A DNA stretch of 64,000 bases, taken from contig CAWDKS010000008.1 of assembly GCA_963802965.1 (NCBI GenBank), forward strand, positions 71,790-135,789, written 5' to 3'. Both the position numbers and the translations under genes were made by a program. This document shows positions 46,865-56,024 of the stretch, in pieces. The stretch comes from an uncultured Verrucomicrobiae bacterium. GTDB lineage: Bacteria > Verrucomicrobiota > Verrucomicrobiia > Limisphaerales > UBA11358. Position 1 is the first letter of the stretch; each line of letters begins with the position of its first letter. Below the pieces are notes generated by a model. The model was given only the letters and a program-made list of their open reading frames with translations, did not search any database and had not been told where the DNA came from.

Positions 46865-47725
46865 TTGCTTGCGGTGGCGGGACTTGCCCCTTATCGTTCC
46901 GGCGTGAAGCTCGAAGACCATCCTGGCGACATCATCCGGAAGGCCCGCGCGATGGGCGGCGTTTCGACGGCCGCCGCGGCCGCGGCCGCGGGAATTTCCG
47001 AAGCCGAACTTTCCGCGCTCGAAGAAGGCGGACAGACCGGCAAACGACCCGACCTGGCCGCGCTCGCCCGGCTGACCGGCTTGCATCCGGCCAGACTCGA
47101 AGGCATTGCCAATGGCTGGCTGCCGGCGGAAAAGGATTTGAGCGGGTGGCGCGAATTGCGCGTGTTCACCACCGCCGGCGACGGCATGACCGTGAATTGC
47201 TATCTGGTCTGGGAGGAAGTCACGCGCGACGCGGCGCTCTTCGACACCGGCTTCGACGCGAAACCAGTTCTGGATTGCATCGCCGAAAACCAGCTCCAGC
47301 TCCGGCACGTTTTCATCACGCACTCGCACTATGATCACGTCGAGGCGCTGCCAAAAATCCGCGAAGCCTTTCCGAAAGCGCGGTTGCACAGCGGTTCCAA
47401 AAACGCGCCGGTGGACCAGCGCAACAAGCCAAGCGAAATCGTCCATCTCGGCGGGCTGCGCATCACGCATCGCGAGACGCCCGGCCACGCGGAGGACGGC
47501 GTGACCTACATCGTTGGCAACTGGCAGGACGACGCGCCGCACGTGGCCATCGTGGGCGACGCGATTTTTGCCGGGTCCATCGGGCGCGGCAACCCGTCGT
47601 GGGATTTGGCGCGGCAAAAAGTGCGCGAACAGATTTTATCGCTGCCGCCGGAGACGTTGATTTGCCCCGGCCACGGCCCGCTGACGACGGTGGCGGAGGA
47701 AAAGGAACACAACCCGTTCTTTTGA
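46865..47725 (+). CDS. MBL-fold metallo-hydrolase with N-terminal XRE-like HTH segment
   Basis: THSHYDHVEALP, TPGHAEDGVTY, CPGHGP; N-terminus IIRKARAMGGVSTAAAAAAAGISEAELSALEEGG; start codon uncertain. Confidence 0.78.
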   Translation: MLAVAGLAPYRSGVKLEDHPGDIIRKARAMGGVSTAAAAAAAGISEAELSALEEGGQTGKRPDLAALARLTGLHPARLEGIANGWLPAEKDLSGWRELRVFTTAGDGMTVNCYLVWEEVTRDAALFDTGFDAKPVLDCIAENQLQLRHVFITHSHYDHVEALPKIREAFPKARLHSGSKNAPVDQRNKPSEIVHLGGLRITHRETPGHAEDGVTYIVGNWQDDAPHVAIVGDAIFAGSIGRGNPSWDLARQKVREQILSLPPETLICPGHGPLTTVAEEKEHNPFF

Positions 47726-47937
47726 TTTGCAGATGATTCGATTGGAAAAGTAAGAATTGGACAGGCCATGTAACCATCGGGACAGATTTCGCGACCTTCG
47801 GCATGCAATTCAAATCGAAGCGCAATTTTTCCCCGGTCACACCCCCGGATTTGCTGGTTGATGTGGAAGTGAGAATCTCCTCACGAGTGGCACAAGCAAT
47901 GCGTATTGTAAAAATTCCGGGCGCAAGCCTATGATGC

Positions 47938-48216
47938 ATGAGATTCACACTGGAGATTGGCAGCACGGACAAACACCTCGTCGAATTCAACTTCAACCAG
48001 CTCTACGGCACCCTGGTCATCCGCCTGGACGACCGGCCGATATTCCAATCCCGGCGCGTTTTCAACGAACCGGTCCGCGAGGTTTACCACTTCGTGATTG
48101 ATGGCGCGGAGAAATCGGATGTACGGATTGAGAAACGGCGCAAACCGCTGTTTGGCCATCACAACACGATTTTTGTGAACGAACGCCTGACCCGGGTGGT
48201 GGACGGGTATTTTTGA
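47938..48216 (+). CDS. hypothetical protein
   Basis: 92-aa ORF, beta-rich composition, no family recognised. Confidence 0.45.
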   Translation: MRFTLEIGSTDKHLVEFNFNQLYGTLVIRLDDRPIFQSRRVFNEPVREVYHFVIDGAEKSDVRIEKRRKPLFGHHNTIFVNERLTRVVDGYF

Positions 48217-48311
48217 CCGGTTTCCCTCAAAAGAAACCATTACTTGGTTGATTTGCGATTTGACCCCATTCGTTCGGGTTGTTAGTCTTTCCCTCCGTTC
48301 CAACGGAAATT

Positions 48312-48785
48312 ATGCGACATACCATTTCAGTTTTGGTGGAGAACAAGTTCGGCGTGCTCACGCGCGTGGCGGGCCTGTTCAGCGGACGCGGCTACAACAT
48401 TGACACGCTCAACGTCGGCCCGACCCAGGACCCGGCGACTTCGCGCATGACCATCGTCACCCACGGCGACGAGGCCACGCTGGAGCAAATCGTCAAGCAG
48501 CTCAACAAGCTGCCCAACGTCATCAAGGTGCAGGATTTCCGCGAGGGCGAATACGTGGACCGCGAGCTGGTGCTCGTCAAGGTGGCGGTGGATTCCAAAT
48601 CGCGCGCCGAGGTGATGCAGATCACGGACATTTTCCGCGCCAAAATCGTGGACGTGCAGCCCAGGAGCCTCGCCATCGAAATCACCGGCGCCGAAAGCAA
48701 GGTGGAAAAATTTGTTGAACTGATGAATTCATTTGGCGTGTCCGAAATCACGCGCACAGGCAAGGTCGCCCTGCCCCGCAAGTAA
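48312..48785 (+). CDS. ilvN: acetolactate synthase small (regulatory) subunit
   Basis: MRHTISVLVENKFGVLTRVAGLFSGRGYNIDTLNVGPT (ACT domain). Confidence 0.9.
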   Translation: MRHTISVLVENKFGVLTRVAGLFSGRGYNIDTLNVGPTQDPATSRMTIVTHGDEATLEQIVKQLNKLPNVIKVQDFREGEYVDRELVLVKVAVDSKSRAEVMQITDIFRAKIVDVQPRSLAIEITGAESKVEKFVELMNSFGVSEITRTGKVALPRK

Positions 48786-48987
48786 TCACGCTGACTCTTT
48801 TTCCGGCTTCATGGTAGGGCCGGCGCTGCCGCGCGGCCTCGGACGACCAGCAGGTCGTCCCTACCAACCAAAATAGCTCGCTATCTGATTACGTTTGCAT
48901 TTGACGGATGAGCGTTGATGTTTAGAATTAAAAGCTCGTTTGAACGAGTTAAAGACATTGAAACACACTGACGAGAAAGATTGAGTT

Positions 48988-50229
48988 ATGGCAACGATTG
49001 ATTTTGGCGGAACAAAGGAAAAAGTCATCACGCGGAAGGAATTCCCGATGGCCCGGGCGCGCAAGGTGCTCAAAAACGAGACCATCGCCATCATCGGCTA
49101 CGGCGTGCAAGGCCCGGCGCAGGGACTGAACCTGCGCGACAACGGCTTCAAAGTCATCGTCGGCCAGGCCAAATCGTTCAAGCGCGACTGGGACCGCGCC
49201 GTGAAGGACGGCTGGAAGCCCGGCAAGACGCTGTTCGACATCGAGGAAGCCGTGCAAAAGGGCACCATCATCCAGATGCTCGTTTCCGACGCCGCCCAGC
49301 GCGCCATCTGGCCGATGGTGAAGAAAAATCTCAAGCCCGGCGCCGCGCTGTATTTCTCGCACGGCTTTTCCATCGCCTACAAGAAACAGACCGGCGTCAT
49401 CCCGCCGAAGAACGTGGACGTGATCATGGTCGCGCCGAAGGGTTCCGGCCTGAACGTGCGCCGCAATTTTCTCACCGGCGCGGGCATCAATTCCAGCTTC
49501 GCCGTCGAGCAGGACGCCACCGGCCACGCGGAAGAGCGTTGCCTGGCCGTCGGCATCGGCATCGGCTCGGGTTACCTGTTCCCGACCACGTTCCAGCATG
49601 AGGTGTTCAGCGACCTCACCGGCGAACGCGGCGTGTTGATGGGCGCCCTGGCCGGCATCATGGAGGCGCAATACGACGTGCTCCGCGCCCACGGCCATTC
49701 GCCGAGCGAAGCGTTCAACGAAACCGTCGAGGAACTGACGCAGAGCCTCATCCGGCTCGTGGATGAAAACGGCATGGACTGGATGTATTCCAATTGTTCC
49801 GCCACCGCCCAGCGCGGCGCGCTGGATTGGAAACCCAAGTTCAAGGCGGCCACCCTGCCGGTGTTCAAGAAACTTTATCAGCGCGTCAAATCGGGCAAGG
49901 AATGCGCCCGCGTGCTTTCCGCCTGCGGCGCGCGCAACTACCAGGCGCAGTTGGCGAAGGAGTTGGGCCAGATCCACAATTCCGAAATGTGGCGCGCCGG
50001 CGCAGCTTCCCGCGAGTTGCGTCCAAAGCAATCGGCCAAGCTAATCGCCAAAGGCACCAAGGGCGTTTCGCGGACGCACGGCAAATTAAAGTCCGCGCAA
50101 AGAATTAAAAGCCGCTGGAGCAATCCGGCGGCTTTTGTTCGTTTCAATTTCGGAGGGGCGAGTTCCATAAGCCCCAAATTTCTCGCGCTTTTCAGTCAGG
50201 GACTCGCAGAGCTCGTCCCTCCGAAATAA
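48988..50229 (+). CDS. ilvC: ketol-acid reductoisomerase (class I) with ~70-aa C-terminal extension
   Basis: IAIIGYGVQGPAQGLNLRDNG.., SHGF, GERGVLMG; ORF continues past the usual end (~..EMWRAGAASRELRP). Confidence 0.88.
   Translation: MATIDFGGTKEKVITRKEFPMARARKVLKNETIAIIGYGVQGPAQGLNLRDNGFKVIVGQAKSFKRDWDRAVKDGWKPGKTLFDIEEAVQKGTIIQMLVSDAAQRAIWPMVKKNLKPGAALYFSHGFSIAYKKQTGVIPPKNVDVIMVAPKGSGLNVRRNFLTGAGINSSFAVEQDATGHAEERCLAVGIGIGSGYLFPTTFQHEVFSDLTGERGVLMGALAGIMEAQYDVLRAHGHSPSEAFNETVEELTQSLIRLVDENGMDWMYSNCSATAQRGALDWKPKFKAATLPVFKKLYQRVKSGKECARVLSACGARNYQAQLAKELGQIHNSEMWRAGAASRELRPKQSAKLIAKGTKGVSRTHGKLKSAQRIKSRWSNPAAFVRFNFGGASSISPKFLALFSQGLAELVPPK
50107..50136. terminator. hairpin with flanking A/T runs (possible bidirectional terminator) lying inside the ilvC ORF tail
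   Basis: aaaagccgc-tggagcaatccg-gcggctttt: perfect 9-bp stem, 12-nt loop. Confidence 0.4.
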
Positions 50230-50730
50230 TTCAACCGCCCAGCGAACCCGGATTCCCCACGTCGCCCTTGTTGAAATCCACATATTCCTCCGTCAAATCG
50301 GCGGCGTAAATTACTGCGCCGGCTTTGCCGAGGTTCAGGCGGATGTGCAAATCAAATTCCTTCGGCGCCACAGCGATACAAAGCTGTTTGAACGTCGCCT
50401 GGGTCGGCTGGCCGCGCTTGAGGCTCCAGAGAATTTTTTTACCGCCAGCTACGCTGTAGCCGATGTCCACCTTTTCTTCGACAATTTTTGCCGGTGAATA
50501 GCCGAGCGCGTCAATGATGCGGCCCCAGTTCGGGTCGCCGCCGTGCCAACTCGTTTTCACGAGCGGACTGTTCGCCACCGCCCGCGCCGCGGCATCGGCA
50601 TCGGCAACAGATTTCGCACCGTTCACGCGCACCGTCACGACGCGATGAACCCCTTCGCCGTCGCGCACGATCATTTTCGCCAGCTCCAGGCAGACGTGAT
50701 TCAAAGCCGTTTGAAAAACTCCAAGGTCTT

Positions 50731-50797
50731 GTAGGAGCCGACGTGAGGAGGCTCTAACTTTTTTTGAAGAAGTGAGACTCGTTACCTCGTCTCCTAC
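50731..50797. repeat. family-A variant element inside argJ
   Basis: gtaggagccgacgtgaggaggctc...gagactcgttacctcgtctcctac; same family as 63591-63672 and 43688-43759. Confidence 0.75.
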
Positions 50798-50972
50798 CAT
50801 TGGCGGGTTTCCCGCCAGCCCGTTCGCCAGGACCAGCACCGTGTCGTTCGTGCTCATGTCGCCGTCCACGGTAATGCGATTGAAACTCTGCGCGACGGCT
50901 TCCTGCAAAGCGGCCTGCAAAGTTTTTGCCTCAATCGCCGCATCGGTGGTGATGAAACACAAGCATGGTTGC

Positions 50973-51035
50973 GTGAAGCGTTGAAGCGTTGAAGCGTTGA
51001 AGCGGCAGCGCCGCCGGTCGTGCGCCGGTGGCGGA
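50973..51035. repeat. 63-bp insertion inside argJ containing an 8-bp tandem repeat (TGAAGCGT x3)
   Basis: gtgaagcgttgaagcgttgaagcgttgaagcggcagcgccgccggtcgtgcgccggtggcgga; encodes SATGARPAALPLQRFNASTLH just before the ATML motif. Confidence 0.6.
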
Positions 51036-51293
51036 CATTCCCGGCTGAATCATGCCCGCGCCCTTGCAAATGCCGCCGATGCGGACGGTTTTGCCGCCCA
51101 GCTTGAATTCGATGCTGATTTGTTTGGGCCGCGTGTCGCTCGTCATGATGGCTTCGACGGCGTGGGCTGCGTGACGCGATGAATTTCCAAGCACCTTTGC
51201 CGCCTCCAAAATTCCACGTTTGACGTTTCCCATCGGCAGGGTGACGCCGATGCGCCCGGTCGAGCCGACCAGGACATGTTCCGCGGGAATTTT

Positions 51294-51352
51294 TGGGAGG
51301 GACAGCGTGCCGCTGTCCCTGATTTTTGGGACGGCAACATGCCGTCCCTCCC
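51294..51352. repeat. family-B element inside argJ
   Basis: tgggagggacagcgtgccgctgtccct..gggacggcaacatgccgtccctccc; encodes REGRHVAVPKIRDSGTLSLPKIP on the minus strand. Confidence 0.75.
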
Positions 51353-51837
51353 GGGAAATTGCCTTGGCGGCAATTTCTGTCATTTCGCGCGCGTCCTGCA
51401 ATCCTTGTTTGCCGGTGCAGGCGTTGGCATTGCCGGAATTAACGACGATGGCCTGTGCGATTCCCTTTTTCACGCGTTCGACGCAAACCTTCACCGGTGC
51501 GGCACAGACCTGATTGGTCGTGAACATGCCGGCGACGGTTGCGGGCACTTCGGAAACAATCAGCGCGAGGTCGCGCTTCCGGCCCTTGTCCGAGCCTTTG
51601 CCCGTGCCGAGCCGTTTGATGTCGCAAAAAACGCCGCTGGCCAGAAAACCTTTTGGCGCGACGATGGAACCGGGAATTTCTTTGAACAATTTCATTTTCA
51701 GAAATTGATTGAACCACGAAACACACGCAATGACACGAAAATCAGACACAGATTCCATGGATTTTCGCCGATTGAATCCCTGTTAATCCGTGAAATTCGT
51801 GTCAAAAGGTTTTTTGTGTGGTTCGTATATTTCGTGA

Positions 51838-52821
51838 TTAGATTTTTACTGCGTCAATTTCCAGCCGCACCATGCGGACGTGGACGCGCCCATCCGCGTC
51901 CGGTGGATGTTTGACGAGGTAGCGGTCCGTGACGGCAGCGATGAAATCCCCGCGCAAATTTTCCGGCACGCGCTGGACGTAGGGCAGCCACGTCGTGCGC
52001 AACCAGGCTGTAAAGCCCTGGCGCCCGTCGTAGCTGGCATCTTTCGGCGACAGCCGCACACCCAGTGATTTGAACCCAAACCGCGGCAGCCATTTTTCAT
52101 AGCTGTCCGGGCTGTGGAAAAAATACGGCTTTTCCAGCTTCCGGAAAAATTCGCGCCAGCGTTTGAGCCGCATCTCCGGGCGCAACGCAACGAACACGTC
52201 GTGCGCGTTGCCCCTGCCGCCGCATGAAACCACCAGCCGTCCGCCGGAACGCAGGCACGCCGCCGCGCCGCGCAAAAACGCCCGGTGATCGTCCACCCAA
52301 TGCAGGGCGGAATTTGAAAAAATAATATCGAAAGGCATGAACTTGACTCCCTCGCCCCGCCTGAACGGGGAGAGGGTTGCCCGTCCTCCGTAGCAGTACT
52401 GCGGAGGGTGGAGGGCGAGGGGTTTTGAATTTGAAGCAATCGGCCTCCTCACCCCGGCCCTCTCCTCCTTTTGGGGAGGAGAGGGAGAAGACAAGGCGGC
52501 AAGACTGATTTCCCGCGCATCGCAGATTTTAAACTCCAGATTCGGATGTTTGCGTGAGGGAAAAGTCTTCCGAGCGAACGCAATCATTTGCGGCGAGGCG
52601 TCAACGCCCACCACGGAACCGCGCGGCACGGCCTGGGCGATTTCGGCGCTGACCTTGCCATCACCGCAGCCGACATCTAGGACGTGCTCATCGCCGCGCA
52701 GATGGAGCTGCGCGATAAGTTCGCGCGCCCAGGCTTGCTGCACGCTGGAATTCGCGGCGTAATCAGAGGCATTCCACCTGGCTGCCCTTTTCTTTGTGGG
52801 AGACGAGGTCACGAGACTCAT
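51838..52821 (-). CDS. Tam-like class I SAM-dependent methyltransferase with ~55-aa repeat-encoded insertion
   Basis: VLDVGCGDGKVSAEIA (motif I), ..FDIIFSNSALHWV, GGRLVV; insertion lies between ICDAREIS and MPFDIIFSN. Confidence 0.75.
   Translation of the reverse strand: MSLVTSSPTKKRAARWNASDYAANSSVQQAWARELIAQLHLRGDEHVLDVGCGDGKVSAEIAQAVPRGSVVGVDASPQMIAFARKTFPSRKHPNLEFKICDAREISLAALSSPSPPQKEERAGVRRPIASNSKPLALHPPQYCYGGRATLSPFRRGEGVKFMPFDIIFSNSALHWVDDHRAFLRGAAACLRSGGRLVVSCGGRGNAHDVFVALRPEMRLKRWREFFRKLEKPYFFHSPDSYEKWLPRFGFKSLGVRLSPKDASYDGRQGFTAWLRTTWLPYVQRVPENLRGDFIAAVTDRYLVKHPPDADGRVHVRMVRLEIDAVKI
52345..52490. repeat. family-C element with a nested 31-bp mini-element, in-frame inside the methyltransferase gene
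   Basis: Matches the reverse complement of 12790-12898; nested ccgtcctccgtagcagtactgcggagggtgg at 52381-52411 also occurs at 62056-62086. Confidence 0.72.
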
Positions 52822-52956
52822 TTCAAATGCAGAAGGCGAAATGAAGAATGATGAAGCTGTTCCGGGACCGCTTCACTTCAAAGAGCTGTTTCTTCATTCA
52901 GCATTCTTCCTTCATCCTTCAGTTTGAGCCTCCTTACGTCGGCTGCTACGGCCGAT

Positions 52957-54018
52957 TTACATCAACCCCGCCGTCTCCGGCCAGCCACACAAAATATTCA
53001 TGCTTTGCACGGCCTGGCCGCTCGCGCCTTTCACGAGATTGTCCTCGGCGCTCATGACGATAAGCCGGCCCGTCCGCGGATCGAGCCGCCACGCGATTTC
53101 GATGACGTTCGTGCCGTTGACATTTTTCGTGTCAGGCAGATTTTTGCCGTCGAGCAGGCGGACGAACGGTTCATTGCCATAAGCTTTCTGGTAGCACGCA
53201 AAGATTTTCCCGCCCAGTGATTCCATTTCCGCCGCGTTGGAAAAGTGTTTCCCGGGCGCGAGATAGAGCGTGGTTAAAATGCCGCGATTCACCGGAATCA
53301 GATGCGGTGTGAACTGGATGGTGACGGGTTCTTTCGCCGCCAGCGAAAGCTGTTCCTCAATTTCCGACAAATGCCGGTGCTTGGGCACGCCGTAAGGCCG
53401 GACACTTTCGTTGCATTCGCAAAAAAGATGGTCCGCCTCGGCCTTGCGGCCCGCGCCGCTCACCCCGCTCAACGAATCGGCGATGATGCCGACCGGTTTG
53501 ATCAACCCCGCCTTCAGCAGCGGCACCACCGGCAGCAAAATGCTGGTCGGGTAACAGCCGGGTGACGCGACGAGCAATGCCTTTTTGATTTCAGCACGAT
53601 AAATTTCCGGCAAACCATAGACGGATTTTTTCAACAAATCCGGCGCGGGATGGTCGTGCGCGTAAAATTCCCGGTAGATGTCCGCGCTCTTGAGCCGGAA
53701 ATCCGCGCTGAGGTCAATCACGAGGCAGCCGGCGTCCAGCAGCGGCGCGGCGTATTCGGCGGCGACGCCGTGCGGCAACGCCAGAAACACCACGTCCGCC
53801 TGCTTCGCCAGCAGTCCGGCCTTTGGCTCGGTGAAGCGCAGGGTTTTTGACTGGTGATGGCTGGCAAATTTCGGAAAGACCTGCGCGAGCGTCTGCCCGG
53901 CATTCTGGCGCGAGGTCACGGCCGCCAGCTCCGCGTGGGGATGGTTCAACAACAACCGGACGAGTTCCTCGCCGGAGTAACCGGATGCGCCGATGATGGC
54001 GATTTTCTTTGTTTTCAT
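52957..54018 (-). CDS. argC: N-acetyl-gamma-glutamyl-phosphate reductase
   Basis: MKTKKIAIIGASGYSGEELVRLL.., SPGCYPTS active-site Cys region. Confidence 0.92.
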   Translation of the reverse strand: MKTKKIAIIGASGYSGEELVRLLLNHPHAELAAVTSRQNAGQTLAQVFPKFASHHQSKTLRFTEPKAGLLAKQADVVFLALPHGVAAEYAAPLLDAGCLVIDLSADFRLKSADIYREFYAHDHPAPDLLKKSVYGLPEIYRAEIKKALLVASPGCYPTSILLPVVPLLKAGLIKPVGIIADSLSGVSGAGRKAEADHLFCECNESVRPYGVPKHRHLSEIEEQLSLAAKEPVTIQFTPHLIPVNRGILTTLYLAPGKHFSNAAEMESLGGKIFACYQKAYGNEPFVRLLDGKNLPDTKNVNGTNVIEIAWRLDPRTGRLIVMSAEDNLVKGASGQAVQSMNILCGWPETAGLM

Positions 54019-54150
54019 TTTTCAAATCTTACCGGGAGGGTCGCCGTGTCGGCGACCCAAATTTTCTTTCGGGGACGGCGGCACGCCATCCCTCCCAAAA
54101 CAAAAAAGCCCCGCCGGTTTTGCCAGCGGGGCCTGGAAATTTTCACGCGA

Positions 54151-54552
54151 TCAACGTTTCGAGTATTGGAACCGCTTGCGCGCGCCCGGCTGGCCGTATT
54201 TCTTGCGCTCTTTCATGCGCGAATCGCGCGTGAGCAGGCCCTCGGCCTTGAGCGCGCCACGCAACGTGGCGTCCGCCCGGATCAACGCCCGGGCAATCCC
54301 ATGCCGCACCGCGCCGGCCTGCCCGTTCGGGCCACCGCCGGTGACATTGATGCGCACATCGAATTTTTCCGTGTTGCCGGTGACGGTCAACGGTTGCGAC
54401 ACCGTCGAGCGCAGGGTTTCGAGCGGAAAATAATTTTCAAACGCCCGGCCGTTCACGATGATTTTGCCGTTGCCGGACGCGAGCCGGACGCGGGCGACGG
54501 CGGTCTTGCGCCGTCCGGTGCCGAGAAATTCGATTTTGGTTTCCGCTGCCAT
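54151..54552 (-). CDS. rpsI: 30S ribosomal protein S9
   Basis: [12 protein letters not shown] .. GGG..GQAGA.RHGI.RAL .. LTRD.R..ERKK.G...ARK..Q.SKR. Confidence 0.95.
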   Translation of the reverse strand: MAAETKIEFLGTGRRKTAVARVRLASGNGKIIVNGRAFENYFPLETLRSTVSQPLTVTGNTEKFDVRINVTGGGPNGQAGAVRHGIARALIRADATLRGALKAEGLLTRDSRMKERKKYGQPGARKRFQYSKR

Positions 54553-54591
54553 CTGTCAGTTGAGGGTTGAAGGTTGGTGGTCGGGGAAAAA

Positions 54592-55026
54592 TCAGGCCGC
54601 CGCCTTGAGCGGTTCCGGCTTTTGCGCGGCGTGCGGATGTTTCGGACCTTTGAACACCTTCAGCTTGGTCAACAACTGGTCGCCCAGCCGGTTCTTCGGA
54701 ATCATGCCCTTCACGGCGTGCATGACGAGTTTTTCAGGATGCTGCGCGCGCACTTGTTCAACGGTCCGGTATTTCTCGCCGCCTTTCCAGCCGGAATAGG
54801 TCATGAACTCCTTGGCCGTTTCCTTCTTGCCGGTGAGCCGGACCTTTTCGGCGTTGACGACGACGACAAAGTCGCCGGCGTCGAGGTGGGGCGTGAAGAC
54901 GGGCTTGTTTTTGCCGCGCAAGATGTCGGCAACCTGCACGGCCAGCCGTCCAAGCACGGCGCCGTCGGCGTCAATCACGTGCCATTTCCGCTGGTCCAAA
55001 TTCACTTTGGGCAAATGCGTTTTCAT
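54592..55026 (-). CDS. rplM: 50S ribosomal protein L13
   Basis: RKWHVIDADGAVLGRLA..VA..LRGK.KP.FTPH.D.GD.VVV.NAEK. Confidence 0.95.
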   Translation of the reverse strand: MKTHLPKVNLDQRKWHVIDADGAVLGRLAVQVADILRGKNKPVFTPHLDAGDFVVVVNAEKVRLTGKKETAKEFMTYSGWKGGEKYRTVEQVRAQHPEKLVMHAVKGMIPKNRLGDQLLTKLKVFKGPKHPHAAQKPEPLKAAA

Positions 55027-55204
55027 TCAAACCGAAAAAAGGACGCAAAATTTACCAGACCCGCAAACGAAGTCAACAGGGCATTTTGGCCGTTCCCAAG
55101 CCTTGGGATGGCAATGGCGGACGGAGGTTGTGTCCTGATTCGGCGGCGGCAGCCGTGCCAGCGCGTGACAATTTCAACAATTCTGTTATCCTGTTTGCCA
55201 ACGC

Positions 55205-55882
55205 ATGAAAAAGAGCAAACACGGCAATGTGAAGATTGAAGTCACCAGGGACGGCCCCTATCTCGTAAGCGGAGACCTGCCTCTGAGCGAGCAGTGGATT
55301 GTCACCAATGCCGAAGGGGATTCACTGGATTACCGGGAAGGAAAAAAGTATCCGGCACAGGCGCAATATTCGCTTTGCCGCTGCGGCCAGTCGGCCAACA
55401 AACCCTTCTGCGACGGCACGCACGCGAAGGCCCGGTTTGACGGCACGGAGACCGCCAGCCATCAGCCTTACCTCGAGCAGGCCGGAACCATTGAAGGCCC
55501 CACGATGCGGCTCACCGACCAGGAAAACCTGTGCGCGTTCGCCCGTTTCTGCGATCCGAAAGGCAGGGTTTGGAACCTGGTCAGGCAAACGGACAACCCC
55601 GAAGCCCGGGAACTGGTCAAACACGAGGCGGGCCATTGCCCCGCCGGACGGCTCGTAGCCTGGGATCGGAAGACCGGCAAACCCATCGAGCCGGAGTTTG
55701 AGCCGTCGCTCGGACTGATTGAAGACACCGGGAAGCAGGTCAGCGGCCCGATTTGGGTGCGCGGGGGCATTCCGGTCGTTTCCGCCGACGGGAAGACCTA
55801 TGAGATTCGGAACCGGATGACCTTGTGCCGCTGCGGCCGGTCGGACAACAAGCCGTTCTGCAACGGGTCGCACGCAGCCTGA
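55205..55882 (+). CDS. CDGSH iron-sulfur domain protein (two CDGSH motifs)
   Basis: CRCGQSANKPFCDGTH and CRCGRSDNKPFCNGSH. Confidence 0.85.
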   Translation: MKKSKHGNVKIEVTRDGPYLVSGDLPLSEQWIVTNAEGDSLDYREGKKYPAQAQYSLCRCGQSANKPFCDGTHAKARFDGTETASHQPYLEQAGTIEGPTMRLTDQENLCAFARFCDPKGRVWNLVRQTDNPEARELVKHEAGHCPAGRLVAWDRKTGKPIEPEFEPSLGLIEDTGKQVSGPIWVRGGIPVVSADGKTYEIRNRMTLCRCGRSDNKPFCNGSHAA

Positions 55883-56024
55883 ACCTGAAGCAGCCACGAA
55901 TCTTAAAAGACCCACAGAAGCAAACGAAGGAGACGAACGGTGCGGGTGGTTTCCAGCCTTTGTTGCCTTCGTATTCTTCTGTGGAAACGATCTGCGCTGT
56001 GCCTTTGCCTCTCGACGCGCAGCG

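Larger units (their letters stand above)
50231..51695 (-). pseudogene. argJ: bifunctional ornithine acetyltransferase ArgJ; three in-frame repeat insertions and one apparent 1-nt frameshift
   Basis: Listed ORFs 50931..51758 and 50231..50962 overlap; N-part ends ..KGAGMIQPGM[21 aa]ATML in one frame, and CFITTDAAIEAKTLQ.. continues in another. Confidence 0.8.

Noticed and set aside
50973-50998. The 8-bp tandem repeat (TGAAGCGT x3) in argJ as a slipped-strand phase-variation tract causing the frameshift.
   Set aside because: The conserved ATML motif downstream of the tract is still in the upstream frame. The frame change therefore lies about 10 nt further on (about 50959-50962), not in the repeat.
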